The notes beneath the pieces are model-generated. The model saw only the letters and a list, made by a program, of their open reading frames with translations, was not told the origin of the DNA and did no database searches. Positions 8,651 to 18,919 of a DNA stretch of 47,752 bases are shown piece by piece; position 1 is the first letter of the stretch; each line of letters opens with the position of its first letter. The DNA comes from a virus. Taxonomy: Duplodnaviria; Caudoviricetes. The stretch is from positions 1-47,752 of the IMG/VR virus record IMGVR_UViG_3300034171_000124. One strand, 5' to 3'. The translations under genes were made by a program, and so were the position numbers.

Positions 8651-9331
8651 TTACAACCACCGCCAGTTAGGTGTTATTTCCACTTTGTCTACCGTACCTG
8701 TCCAAGATATATTATTATTTTCAGTTTTCAAAAGTGGAAATTTACCATTCATTTCATAATTTTTATAATCTAAACCTTTAAAAGAATCTTGTAAGTTACT
8801 ATCTAAAGTAACGTATTCGCTAACATTCGTAAGATTAATAATATTACCATTTATATTGAGATCTATATTTCCATTACCATAAACTTTTATTATTGGTTTG
8901 CTGATTGCAGTTCCACTATTAAAGATTGTCCCAGCACTTTCAAGTGTAATCAGAGGATTATCAATATTTTTTTTCTTTGGCTGACACTCAAAAGTTATTA
9001 TAAACTTATGAAACTCTCTAATGATTTTACTAAAATCTATTTGATTTATTATTGTAAATTCATATACTTTTTCTGGTTCATTTGAAAAGACTACATCTCC
9101 TGATCCGGTAAGCCATGAGCATATAAGATCTAGATTATCTAGATTCTTTATCCAACACACTACATTTTTAACTGTACTTCTATAACTTCCATGGTCATGC
9201 GTCAAAAATCCATCTCTACCGAGCACTTCTTTTTTTTCTATATCTTTAGTTGCTCTAACAATAGAGGGTAGCGTTTCTATAGTTAAATAATCAGTGCTTA
9301 TAATGTTATTTAAAATAAAATAAGGCATCAT
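8651..9331 (-). CDS. Distal tail protein (Dit)
   Basis: VLGRDG, FECQP and C-terminal ITPNWRWL; directly after the tape measure gene. Confidence 0.85.
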   Translation of the reverse strand: MMPYFILNNIISTDYLTIETLPSIVRATKDIEKKEVLGRDGFLTHDHGSYRSTVKNVVCWIKNLDNLDLICSWLTGSGDVVFSNEPEKVYEFTIINQIDFSKIIREFHKFIITFECQPKKKNIDNPLITLESAGTIFNSGTAISKPIIKVYGNGNIDLNINGNIINLTNVSEYVTLDSNLQDSFKGLDYKNYEMNGKFPLLKTENNNISWTGTVDKVEITPNWRWL

Positions 9332-12300
9332 TATCTGCTACCTCCTAAGTTATTTTGATTAATGTAAAATTGCATTTCTTCCATCATTGGCTTTGCTACA
9401 ACCTTTGCTATTTCTCTGCCATCTAAACTAACCGGCACTATTACAGTTTGAGTTACGCCATTATTTTGAGAACTGGCCATCACTTTTCTCGCAACTGCTT
9501 CTGCTGTTTTGGTTACCAAATCAAGACTCGCTTCATGATTTAAAATTTGAGATCCCTTGTTAAGATTATAAACCTCATAACCTTTCTCATGCATTGTTGT
9601 TAATCCACCCTCAAAATCGTTTGTACCGGCAGCATTTCCGGGTATACTTCTACTTCCCTTGCTCGTATAATTAGTATGCTGATTCGTAGTTACCGATACT
9701 GTTTTTTTAGCTGGGAACCAGTTGCTCCACCATGACTTAACTTTATCCCAAGCGGTTATAATATTACCTGTGGTTAAATTAACATTTTTAGAAGTGTCAC
9801 TATCCATAGAAACAACTTTATCGACTACTCCTTTTCTCATTTCCTCTGCTTTTTTAATACTTTCATCCTTTTGTCTTTTAGCTTCCCTAATTAAATTATC
9901 TGCTAACTTTTTACCTTCTGGAGTACTTTGGTCTGTTGTGGCTTTAATTGTTGCTACTGTTTTAGTATATTTTTCATTAGCCGCTTTAATAGTGCCATCC
10001 CTACTCTTATTAGCATTTTTAATTTCAGTACTTGCTTGTTCAGCCGTCATTCTTTTACCATAGCTCGTAAGTCTTTCAATTATAACTTTAGATTCGGCTT
10101 CTTGTGCAGACATTACTTTAATAGCATCGATTTTTTTCCTATCCTGTATTACCTTAATAGCCTGTTCATCTTCAAGTGTTAATGCTTCATTTTTATCTAA
10201 CCTTTTCTTGATTATTGCTAGTATCTCTGCTGTAGCTTTATCCTCTTCCGTTTTTTCTTTTTTATGTTTTTCCTGCATAGCAAGCAATGCCTTTTCTTCT
10301 TGTGTTTTAGTAAGTACATCACTTTTAGCGTAAAAAGCTACCATTGTCTTATATTCTTCAGCAAATCGCTTGTCCATAGCAGTCTTAACATTTGTATTTA
10401 TAGCATTGTATTTTAAAGTTGTATCATCAAGTATTTTTTTAGTAACGATAGTACCGTTAATGTATAAACTATCGAGAGCTTTAGTCGCTTGGTCATCAAG
10501 TTCAATATATTTACCTACCGCTACTTTAGTTGCATCACTGATTGTAGTTGTTGTTGTCTTATAACTAGTTCCCATTTGATCATTGCTTTTTTCCACACTA
10601 TCAGCAGTATATGTAACTTTATCTGCAAATAAATCCACAGAAGGAACTACTTCTTTTTCCATTGCATTTTTTATTAATAGACCTGTACCAACTACTGCAG
10701 CCCCTGCCAAAAGAAAAGGGGCTGCCGCTACTACTGCTCCACCCAAAGCAACTCCAATTCCGCCTATTCCTGCTGCTCCGGCTGCTCCGGCTGCTGCTGT
10801 TCCAACTCCTGCGGTGGCTACACTTGCTGCTCCCATTGCGGTAGATATAGCTCCAAGCCCTGTTGTCAATGCACCCCCGATAGTCACTAGTTTACCTACA
10901 ACTAATAATACTGGACCGACTGCGGCTGCAATTAGACCAAATTTAACTATATTATCTTGTTGTTCTGGTGTTAGCTTGTTAAACTTATCAGTCAAAGATT
11001 TAACACCACTAGCTATTTTTTCTATTATCGGCGACAAACTATCCCCTAATTTTATTCCTGCATTTTTAAGACTATTTAATGATTTTGTAAGTCTTTCGCC
11101 TGTAGTATCACTTACTTTTTCAAATGCGGTATCCGTTGCTCCAGCACTATTTTCCATTTCTTTAAGCATTGCGTTAAAATCTTTACCAGCATTATTGCTC
11201 AATACTAATGCAGCTTTACCAGCCTCTGCACTACCAAACATATCTGTCAAAGACTTTTCATTTTCCTTAGCGTTTTTATCCATAATGGCTAATATATCAC
11301 CTACAGATTTTCCGCTTTTAATTAATTCCGGGAATGTTTTACCAGTGCTTTCTTGCAACGCTTTATTTGCTACTGTTCCACTTTTACCAAGCTCGTTTAA
11401 CATACTATTCATGTACGTAGTTGCTTCAGCGGATTTAATACCTTTACTTGTCATTATTGCATATCCACTCGCAACCTGTTCAAGCTCTACTCCATATTGA
11501 TTCGCTGTTGGTATTATTTTACCCATACTAGAACTTAATTCTCCAACCGTTACCTTACCTTTATTTTGCGTCTGAATGAGCACATCAGATACTTTATTTA
11601 CTTCCTTGCTTTCTAGTTCGTATGAGTTCATTATTGTAGTTAGCAAATCCAAACTTTGCCCAGCTTCTGCAAATCCTGCTTTTGCAAGTTTAGTAGAATT
11701 GGTTACAAAGTTTACTGCATCCCCTGTTGATTGACCTGCACTGATTGCATCATAGACGTTATTAGCAATTTCGCTTGAAGCTATTCCACTATCATCGCTG
11801 AGATTTAAAATAGCCTTTCTTAGATCTCCAATAGGTACCTCAGCATCATTTGATATTGTACTTACTTTAGCCATACTACCCTCGAAATCCATGCTCATTT
11901 TACCCACTGCCACACCAAGCCCAACTATAGGAGCAGTAACTTTCATAGATAATTCTTTACCTACTTTAGTCATTCCTTCTCCTGCTTTTTTCATTCTTGC
12001 ACCTGCATTGTTTAAAGCAGTTCCAAGCCTGGTCCAGCTAGAAGTTTGAGTTGCTATCTGCCTATCAACATCACCTAGTTGATTTCCCATATTTGATAAA
12101 CTTGCCCTAGCTTGATTTAATCTTACTTCTAAGTCTTGCGTTGCTCTACTATCTGCACCTGTAGCTGCTACACTACGATTATAAGCAGCTTCTAATGCAT
12201 TTACCTTTTGTTGTTGTAATCCCATGCTACTAGTTAAACTTGTATGCCTTAACCTCAACCGGTCTAATGCAGTGCCATTACTTCCTATTGCCGCAGTATT

Positions 12301-12417
12301 TGCCCTGAAATCACTGTTTGCAACTCTTAATCTTCTATTTATTTGAGCAATTCCATCATTAAATCCAGAACTATCCATACCAACTCGGACTGCTAAATTG
12401 CCTATATCCTCTGCCAT
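9331..12417 (-). CDS. Tail tape measure protein (TP901-type core)
   Basis: 1028 aa, Ala/Gly-rich helical protein with a central hydrophobic stretch; synteny. Confidence 0.95.
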   Translation of the reverse strand: MAEDIGNLAVRVGMDSSGFNDGIAQINRRLRVANSDFRANTAAIGSNGTALDRLRLRHTSLTSSMGLQQQKVNALEAAYNRSVAATGADSRATQDLEVRLNQARASLSNMGNQLGDVDRQIATQTSSWTRLGTALNNAGARMKKAGEGMTKVGKELSMKVTAPIVGLGVAVGKMSMDFEGSMAKVSTISNDAEVPIGDLRKAILNLSDDSGIASSEIANNVYDAISAGQSTGDAVNFVTNSTKLAKAGFAEAGQSLDLLTTIMNSYELESKEVNKVSDVLIQTQNKGKVTVGELSSSMGKIIPTANQYGVELEQVASGYAIMTSKGIKSAEATTYMNSMLNELGKSGTVANKALQESTGKTFPELIKSGKSVGDILAIMDKNAKENEKSLTDMFGSAEAGKAALVLSNNAGKDFNAMLKEMENSAGATDTAFEKVSDTTGERLTKSLNSLKNAGIKLGDSLSPIIEKIASGVKSLTDKFNKLTPEQQDNIVKFGLIAAAVGPVLLVVGKLVTIGGALTTGLGAISTAMGAASVATAGVGTAAAGAAGAAGIGGIGVALGGAVVAAAPFLLAGAAVVGTGLLIKNAMEKEVVPSVDLFADKVTYTADSVEKSNDQMGTSYKTTTTTISDATKVAVGKYIELDDQATKALDSLYINGTIVTKKILDDTTLKYNAINTNVKTAMDKRFAEEYKTMVAFYAKSDVLTKTQEEKALLAMQEKHKKEKTEEDKATAEILAIIKKRLDKNEALTLEDEQAIKVIQDRKKIDAIKVMSAQEAESKVIIERLTSYGKRMTAEQASTEIKNANKSRDGTIKAANEKYTKTVATIKATTDQSTPEGKKLADNLIREAKRQKDESIKKAEEMRKGVVDKVVSMDSDTSKNVNLTTGNIITAWDKVKSWWSNWFPAKKTVSVTTNQHTNYTSKGSRSIPGNAAGTNDFEGGLTTMHEKGYEVYNLNKGSQILNHEASLDLVTKTAEAVARKVMASSQNNGVTQTVIVPVSLDGREIAKVVAKPMMEEMQFYINQNNLGGSR

Positions 12418-12433
12418 CTATTTACCTCCTCTC

Positions 12434-12583
12434 TTACAAGATTGCTAATATGGCTTCTACGTTACTCTTATACTCTTTATTAGCTTTATAGAGTAATAAA
12501 TCTATATAATAATAAATATCCATTTCATCAATATCGCTTAAAGTCCAATCTTTATCTAATAAATTCCAATAAGTTTCTTTCAT
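12434..12583 (-). CDS. Tail assembly chaperone, GT-like extension (49 aa from ATG; probably reached by frameshift)
   Basis: MKETYWNLLDKDWTLSDIDEMDIYYYIDLL...; no RBS; the frame stays open upstream into the end of the chaperone gene (+1 frame). Confidence 0.7.
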   Translation of the reverse strand: MKETYWNLLDKDWTLSDIDEMDIYYYIDLLLYKANKEYKSNVEAILAIL

Positions 12584-12617
12584 CCATTCAATTAGCGTAA
12601 ATTTTTCACCAGTACTA

Positions 12618-12905
12618 CTATTGCTCGGCGGGAAATCGATCCAGTTTATCTAATACACCATCTATTGTCCTATTCAAAGTGGATGCCAACGTATCTATAA
12701 GTTTATCTCCGTCTAGTCCGTCGTAAAGTTCATCCCTAGTAAATTGATTTCCATACATAGTACAAGTTAAATCCACTAATTCATCTAAATCTTTTATACT
12801 TAAATCGTCGAAATTTACCCTTGATTGCACATCTATTGCATTTCTAAGCATCCTAGATTTAATTTTTTCGACTGTAAAAACTTTATCGTTCAATAATATT
12901 TCCAT
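12618..12905 (-). CDS. Tail assembly chaperone (G-like)
   Basis: YGNQFTRDELYDGLD motif; between the major tail and tape measure genes. Confidence 0.85.
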   Translation of the reverse strand: MEILLNDKVFTVEKIKSRMLRNAIDVQSRVNFDDLSIKDLDELVDLTCTMYGNQFTRDELYDGLDGDKLIDTLASTLNRTIDGVLDKLDRFPAEQ

Positions 12906-12954
12906 ATAATTAAAACCTCCTAAAATAAAGAAGGGTATCTCTACCCCTCAATTT

Positions 12955-13521
12955 TTATACTACTACTGGTACAAAAACAGTATCTAAGAATGTTGTAAGT
13001 GGAGTTGTTGAGGAATCTTCATCCATTACAAATTTCCAATTTCCATCTGCTCTGATTACAAAAGTGCCCTTAAGCTTTGGAGTTTGGAAAGTAACTTTTT
13101 CTTCTTGAGTTTTTCCTTCCGTTGCAAGTTCTTCAAACTTGCCTTTTAAAAGCCAAACATATCTATACTTACCATTTGCTTTTTTTATTTTAAAACCCAA
13201 TGCTAAATATGGTGCTATGTCCTTATCATTGTAAATCATTACTCCATTTGATGCATCCAATGTATGCCCTAATACTAAAGCCTGTACTTCCAGTGGTAAA
13301 TCCTGCATTTCTGTCTCTACATCAATTTTTCCTACGGTTGTTACTGTTTCCACAGCTATATTGTCTGCATACAGAATATCTGTATTTGAGTTAGGTGTGA
13401 TTTTTATATTTATAAGTGGTGAAACCGGTGTAACCGCTCCATATGTTCCTAGTACTTCATCCATTATTGCTACAACTAAACTTTCTACACCAATGGGTGT
13501 ACTGTTTACTGTTCCTACCAT
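12955..13521 (-). CDS. Major tail protein (phi13 family)
   Basis: LYADN, APYLALGF and YRYVWLLKGKF motifs. Confidence 0.92.
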   Translation of the reverse strand: MVGTVNSTPIGVESLVVAIMDEVLGTYGAVTPVSPLINIKITPNSNTDILYADNIAVETVTTVGKIDVETEMQDLPLEVQALVLGHTLDASNGVMIYNDKDIAPYLALGFKIKKANGKYRYVWLLKGKFEELATEGKTQEEKVTFQTPKLKGTFVIRADGNWKFVMDEDSSTTPLTTFLDTVFVPVVV

Positions 13522-13538
13522 AATTCATCCCATCCTTT

Positions 13539-13865
13539 TTATATTATTTGTTTTAAATAAAAAACTCTTATAACCTTATGATATATTTCTGTGTCACTTT
13601 CATATAATTCAGTAACATATTTTCTGCGAAATCCCGCTTGTTTCAGGGTATCTAAGACACTGTCAACTAAAGCCCCATAATTACCACTTGACCACACATC
13701 GACTTGAATATGATAACCTAGCGAAGTTTCCTTGTTGTCTGCATAGCTTGCTACATTTTCCAACATATTAAAAAATGTAATATAAGTAGTTTCATCCCCC
13801 CTGTAAGTTTGAAATTCGACGGGAACACCCAACGGTTTTAAGGTATCAATTATTAATTTATTCAT
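13539..13865 (-). CDS. Tail terminator / completion protein
   Basis: YITFF, IQVDVWS and YESDTEIYHK; synteny. Confidence 0.8.
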   Translation of the reverse strand: MNKLIIDTLKPLGVPVEFQTYRGDETTYITFFNMLENVASYADNKETSLGYHIQVDVWSSGNYGALVDSVLDTLKQAGFRRKYVTELYESDTEIYHKVIRVFYLKQII

Positions 13866-14287
13866 AGCCCAAGTCCTTTTCGAAATTCTTCTTTCAAAAT
13901 GCTTATTGCTTCACCTTTTTTAGATTCATATGCAGGCCCAAGAAAAGGTTCAGCATTTGTTCCTGGGTGATCACGTCCTACTCCATTACGAATTATTCGA
14001 TGTGGAGAAGAACCAAATTCAATAAACTTCATATAAAATATTTCGCTCATATCAGCTTTTTCGATTCCTATCAGAACATGTTTTTCATCACCTTTGGTCT
14101 TAACTCTACTTATTGCTAATCCTGCTGCACCACCACCTGTTCTAATTGGTGCATTCATAACTGCTTCATCAAGTATTGGCTTTGCTGCCGCTAGTAATGC
14201 TTTATTTTCTATCCTTGCACCTCGTCGGCCTAATGCGGTTAATTGATCAAGTAATTCTTGCATGCCTTGGAGTTCAATTTCAGCCAT
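13862..14287 (-). CDS. HK97 gp10-like neck protein
   Basis: APIRTG, FIEFGS and AEPFLGPA motifs. Confidence 0.88.
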   Translation of the reverse strand: MAEIELQGMQELLDQLTALGRRGARIENKALLAAAKPILDEAVMNAPIRTGGGAAGLAISRVKTKGDEKHVLIGIEKADMSEIFYMKFIEFGSSPHRIIRNGVGRDHPGTNAEPFLGPAYESKKGEAISILKEEFRKGLGL

Positions 14288-14332
14288 TCATATCACCTCA
14301 ATTCTAAAAAAAATAGACACTCTATTGAGCAC

Positions 14333-14674
14333 CTATCCTTTTACATATCTTTTTACTTCGATTTCAAGCTGTTGACTTCTGTTCATTACATTGTCAGGAC
14401 TTACGACTTCAAATACTGCATTATCTTCTAATCTTATGATTCTACAAGTCGAGTCAATCCCAGGCATAAACCACATTCTCAAACTTGCTGGTTCCTTAAC
14501 TTGCTGAGCCAAATTCTTATAAGCTTCAGCACCAAATTTATTTCTCCATTCACAAAATAAATTTTCGTCTATGATATCTACCCATTCTTTGACAGGGTAT
14601 CCATCTTCATCAATCCCTGAACCGGATTCCTTTTGTATTCTGATTGCTGTTGTCATGGCATTAAATTTAAGCAT
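14333..14674 (-). CDS. Head closure / head-tail adaptor
   Basis: Size, synteny and SPP1 gp16-like pattern. Confidence 0.75.
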   Translation of the reverse strand: MLKFNAMTTAIRIQKESGSGIDEDGYPVKEWVDIIDENLFCEWRNKFGAEAYKNLAQQVKEPASLRMWFMPGIDSTCRIIRLEDNAVFEVVSPDNVMNRSQQLEIEVKRYVKG

Positions 14675-14686
14675 TTAAAACACCAC

Positions 14687-14959
14687 CTAACTCATGCTTA
14701 ATGCTTTTAATTGTGGCATCAAACACATATCAAAAGCGTAAGAAAATTTTATTTCTCCACTTGCTAAATTCCATAGATCAGTAACTCCAATTGTGAGAGT
14801 TGCAATCCCTAATTCAGTTTCAATTTGATCTTGAGTAACTCCAGCCCCTAGCATATATTGTTTTACTGCAATGGTTTTTATTCTGAGGTTACCATCATTG
14901 AACATTCCACCAATACTTAAACCAGTTTTGACCTCTTGCAATAATTCTTCATCAGTCAT
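14687..14959 (-). CDS. Head-tail connector (gp6-like)
   Basis: LLQEVK...YMLGAGV...GVTDLWN pattern; synteny. Confidence 0.78.
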   Translation of the reverse strand: MTDEELLQEVKTGLSIGGMFNDGNLRIKTIAVKQYMLGAGVTQDQIETELGIATLTIGVTDLWNLASGEIKFSYAFDMCLMPQLKALSMS

Positions 14960-14962
14960 AAA

Positions 14963-15562
14963 TTAAACCATAAGATATATGTCAATAATTTTACCTTTAA
15001 GAGCACTATTGAGATCAATTGTATTACTTTCTAAATTGGGAATACTAGTTATAACTGTTGGTGCAGTTGCTTCCTTTACATTATCAAGAAAAGTATCTCG
15101 AATTGTGTTGTGGGCAAGTTTATAAGGTAGTCCAAGCTTTTCACCAAACCCAATACTAACCGTTGCACTAACCGCATCATGAGCTGGACAAGTTATTTTA
15201 GTTACAGTTTTAAAAGCTTTATTCCCCTCTACTAACCCAGCAGTATCTACTGTGAATGCAGGAAGTGTTTCTGTAATGGCTTCATCGTTATAGTTTGTAC
15301 CTTCGATTACTACCTGTACAGCCTTTATACTTCCAGCTGTACCTCCTGCTGTTGCAGTAATATTTCTTGGTGCTCCTGGATTAGTTATTTCTGTGATAAG
15401 TTCTTGAGCTGCTCCGGTTACCACCGCATGTATACCTGTTGCACTACCTACAACTGCTACTAAAGCAGCAATTTGCAAATGTGCTACATAGGAACGGTCA
15501 ACCCTTGTTCCTCTTACATCACTAGGTATATAATTACCGAATTTCGGAAAAAATCTACTCAT
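14963..15562 (-). CDS. Putative capsid decoration / accessory virion protein (199 aa)
   Basis: Ala/Thr/Val-rich, beta-like; directly after the major capsid gene. Confidence 0.55.
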   Translation of the reverse strand: MSRFFPKFGNYIPSDVRGTRVDRSYVAHLQIAALVAVVGSATGIHAVVTGAAQELITEITNPGAPRNITATAGGTAGSIKAVQVVIEGTNYNDEAITETLPAFTVDTAGLVEGNKAFKTVTKITCPAHDAVSATVSIGFGEKLGLPYKLAHNTIRDTFLDNVKEATAPTVITSIPNLESNTIDLNSALKGKIIDIYLMV

Positions 15563-15641
15563 AATATGTGCCTCCCTATATGTTTTATATTTTATATCAT
15601 AAATTATAAATTAGAAAAAAGGGGAATTGCTCCCCTTGCTA

Positions 15642-16862
15642 CTATATTGCTAAATAAGACCAGTAAGTGAATGTTGTTTTTGCAAACAATGGCTTACCGC
15701 CTGAATAAAGTTTTCCTTTCCATACAGTTTCATCGGAAGAGAACTTCTCAGATGTATTTGACTCTATGCTGAATGCTTCTGATTCATTTACGATATAAGA
15801 AGAAAGATCTCCATAAAGAACTGAATCGACATCAGGCATTTGTGAAGTAAATATTACAGGTTGTCCAGCAATCAAATAAATTGATTCACCAGGTCCACCA
15901 ACTACAGCAGCAATTGATACTATTGGCTTTCCTGCAGCGTCAGTCATTGCAAAGAATTTCTTAAAGAATGTGCTTCTCTTCATTCCCCATGATGCATTGT
16001 CACCGTATGGGCTTTCAACCTCTGCACATATAAGAGCTATCTGCTCCCAATCCATTACTGAATATGTGTGTGCTGCTGAAGGAGCTATTTTTAGTGCTGC
16101 TATAATCCCAAGAAACGATGATGTTTCTGTTGAACCATTTAATACATAGTTCTCACAAAGAAGTCCAATGTATTTTCCAATTTCCATAGCAAGATATTGT
16201 TCAAATGCTGGAATACTGTTTTTAAGTAATAAATTTTTAACTGTAATTGTTGCAACAACTGCCTGTTGAGATATTTTAACTTCTGTCATTGTGAAATTCA
16301 ATTTAACTGTTCCATCCGCATTCACTGTAGGAGCTCCAGTTGTACCTATTGGCAATGTTACATCACCAGTAAATCCAAACTTAGTTATTGCGGTATAAAG
16401 CTTGCCATATTGCGTAACAATAGCAAATACTTTATCAAGAGTTGTCTGAGGAACTAAGTATTCTGCTCCACTAGTAACACTTCCACCATTCATATCTGTT
16501 ATTGATCTTTTACCAAACCCCATTACCTCTGAATCTGCTTCTGAAACTTTGCTAGTTAAGTAACTTCTGTAAAATGCATCTCTGTATTTTGTTGTTGATC
16601 TGAAATTTTCCTCAGTGATTTGATTGCCTTTAATATCTTTTAACATTCCCATTCCCCCTCTTTTTTCAACAACCGTGTCCTTAAGCTCTTCTCCAATTGC
16701 ATCTAATCTAGTTGATACAGTTCTTATATTTTCAGCTGCACCATTTAAATCTTCTGCTGACATGTCTCTGTGATTTTTGCATTTTTCTTTAAGCTCAGAC
16801 CTCTTTGATTCAAGCTCTGTTTGTTCCCTCTTTAATTCTGCTATTGCCTTTTGTGATAACAT
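15642..16862 (-). CDS. Major capsid protein, HK97 fold
   Basis: N-terminal coiled-coil delta domain, GAEYLVPQT and LYGDLSSY; follows the protease. Confidence 0.92.
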   Translation of the reverse strand: MLSQKAIAELKREQTELESKRSELKEKCKNHRDMSAEDLNGAAENIRTVSTRLDAIGEELKDTVVEKRGGMGMLKDIKGNQITEENFRSTTKYRDAFYRSYLTSKVSEADSEVMGFGKRSITDMNGGSVTSGAEYLVPQTTLDKVFAIVTQYGKLYTAITKFGFTGDVTLPIGTTGAPTVNADGTVKLNFTMTEVKISQQAVVATITVKNLLLKNSIPAFEQYLAMEIGKYIGLLCENYVLNGSTETSSFLGIIAALKIAPSAAHTYSVMDWEQIALICAEVESPYGDNASWGMKRSTFFKKFFAMTDAAGKPIVSIAAVVGGPGESIYLIAGQPVIFTSQMPDVDSVLYGDLSSYIVNESEAFSIESNTSEKFSSDETVWKGKLYSGGKPLFAKTTFTYWSYLAI

Positions 16863-16874
16863 TTGACATTCCTC

Positions 16875-17528
16875 CTATAATAATTCGATTAAGCTTAGTA
16901 AAGCTTGTTTTTTTGCTTCTTGAATTGCAATTTCTTCTGGCGTTGGTAATGGATCAGGTATTGGTGCTGGAATAGGTTCTGTTCCATCGGATGTAATGAC
17001 TACAGTTTCCTCATACGCCGGGAAAACTACTATACTAAATTCATATATAGCATTAATTTTAGTAACTACATCCATTTTATTTTCCCAGTCAGATGCAATC
17101 AGAGAATCATTGTCAAACCAAAACGACATTCCATCTACTATTTCTCTTTCAACTCTGTCATATACCATATTATCAAGTTCTGTATCTCCCAGAACCACGC
17201 TAATAAATACTCCAATATCATCAACGGTAACAGTCATATTCTTACCTGCTCGCGCGAGTGGCATTGATGTGTTATGGTCAAATAACAAAGGTACTTTTGA
17301 AAAATCCACTGTGGCAACTGAGGTTTTATCTATTCTTTCTACCCATTTACTACCTCGATATGGTTTTCCATAGACACCAAATAGTATTGGATATGCCTTT
17401 AGTGTTCTTACTTGCTTTCCGTCCACGACCTCAGTGACTGCTCTGAATTTAGCCTTTTCATCATCAAAACATATTTTTCTTTTGCTTTGAGCCGTTAATG
17501 GGGATATTTTATTTTCTTTATTTCCCAT
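16875..17528 (-). CDS. HK97-family prohead protease
   Basis: LLFDHN, GMSFWF and EFSIVVFPAY motifs. Confidence 0.92.
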   Translation of the reverse strand: MGNKENKISPLTAQSKRKICFDDEKAKFRAVTEVVDGKQVRTLKAYPILFGVYGKPYRGSKWVERIDKTSVATVDFSKVPLLFDHNTSMPLARAGKNMTVTVDDIGVFISVVLGDTELDNMVYDRVEREIVDGMSFWFDNDSLIASDWENKMDVVTKINAIYEFSIVVFPAYEETVVITSDGTEPIPAPIPDPLPTPEEIAIQEAKKQALLSLIELL

Positions 17529-18717
17529 TTTCTTCGATTCCTCCTTCTACTTTATAATTTCCAGCTGGTAAGGTTTGAAAGTTTTTATTTTCCAAGAACT
17601 TATCCAACTCAACTGGTCCTTTTGTCATTCCTATCCTACGTCTTATTTCATTTCTGTTCATTATCGTGCCATAAACCATCTCTTTATAAAAAGCAGTTTT
17701 GGCAGCCAGTGTACTTATTTCTAAATCAACTATCTCAGCTTGGACTTTATTATAAAATGCTATTTCCTTACTGGAAAATAATTTATAAGTTAACTCTTCC
17801 TGAATCTGATAAATTATCGGCTTCAATTTATTATCAACAAACTGTTCATACTGCAATTCATCAGCGGTACCATTTATAATTTCATAAGATGGTCCAAAAT
17901 AATTATACAATTGCTTAGTTATGTCAGTTAAAAGTTGTACATTGAGCGGATTATTTTTAAAGTTAAAAGGTAGCAGTTCATATTCTGCTCCTATCATCCC
18001 AAGCCCCGTTGTATTTTCAGAAGTTTGGAACGTATCTTTAAATTCATCAAGTTTTTTCTTCATATCGGTAGACTTTAATTGTGATTTAACTTGCAATAGT
18101 GCTGATATTCTATTACTTGTCTCACTGTCCTTAACTGCTTGATTCTGCATAGTTCCAACCATTGTTGTATAATTTCCTGTAGCTTGCTTTGAAGCTCCAC
18201 CTTTAGCTGTGGGGAACCTTTGCAAGTGAATAATATCATCATAGTAAAAGGAATACAGACTATTCCCATTGAAGGTGATTATTAATTTACCATCATCATC
18301 CTGGAAGAATTCAAACTGAGTAAATGGAAGTACATATATTGAATCTAGTGTTCCATTATTGTTCCACTCTGGCATTCCAAAAGCATTATTAGCTACAAGG
18401 TAATTTGTAATCATCTGCGTCCAAAACACCTGAGGACCTTGATATTTATTAGTCCTTATTGTTAGCACATTTTGAACACTATCATTAATCATGGCCATAT
18501 TTCCTTCGGGATCTTCCCTTATGTGATAAAAAGGAACGCTCGCTATCTTTTCAGCTACAAAATTAATGGCTGTCCGGATTTCAGGTATATCATATATTTG
18601 CCTGTTTATTTGCAGTATAGAGTACCCTTGATTGAGCATATTGATAAGTTTAGTGGCCGTTAATTTATCCTTTTGAAAATAATTTGATATATTGCTAAAC
18701 AGTCCTATGTTCATCAC
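17518..18717 (-). CDS. Portal protein (HK97 family)
   Basis: AEKIASVPF, DIIHL and MNRNEIRRRIG motifs; synteny. Confidence 0.92.
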   Translation of the reverse strand: MMNIGLFSNISNYFQKDKLTATKLINMLNQGYSILQINRQIYDIPEIRTAINFVAEKIASVPFYHIREDPEGNMAMINDSVQNVLTIRTNKYQGPQVFWTQMITNYLVANNAFGMPEWNNNGTLDSIYVLPFTQFEFFQDDDGKLIITFNGNSLYSFYYDDIIHLQRFPTAKGGASKQATGNYTTMVGTMQNQAVKDSETSNRISALLQVKSQLKSTDMKKKLDEFKDTFQTSENTTGLGMIGAEYELLPFNFKNNPLNVQLLTDITKQLYNYFGPSYEIINGTADELQYEQFVDNKLKPIIYQIQEELTYKLFSSKEIAFYNKVQAEIVDLEISTLAAKTAFYKEMVYGTIMNRNEIRRRIGMTKGPVELDKFLENKNFQTLPAGNYKVEGGIEENGK

Positions 18718-18738
18718 CTCCTCTCAGTGCCTATAAAA

Positions 18739-18900
18739 TTACTTTGAAAATTTTTCATATTTCAAACGCGAGCCTAAAAGTGATTCTATTGTCCTGGATA
18801 TTTCACAGGCCTCAGAAGCACATAAAGTTCTCTTTTCTTGGATGTCCTCTAACTTTCCAATTTGTTTATCAATAGTTTCTTGATAATCGTATTTTTCCAT
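18739..18900 (-). CDS. Small hypothetical protein between terminase and portal (53 aa)
   Basis: RBS GAGGTGGTGA before the ATG at 18900; MEKYDYQETIDKQIGKLEDIQEK... Confidence 0.55.
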   Translation of the reverse strand: MEKYDYQETIDKQIGKLEDIQEKRTLCASEACEISRTIESLLGSRLKYEKFSK

Positions 18901-18919
18901 ATAACTCACCACCTCTCCA

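Noticed and set aside
10583-11500. 305-aa plus-strand ORF and other long antisense ORFs (e.g. 26013-26579, 4547-4909, 430-702, 40682-40975)
   Set aside because: They shadow well-supported genes or attP on the opposite strand and show no recognisable motifs.
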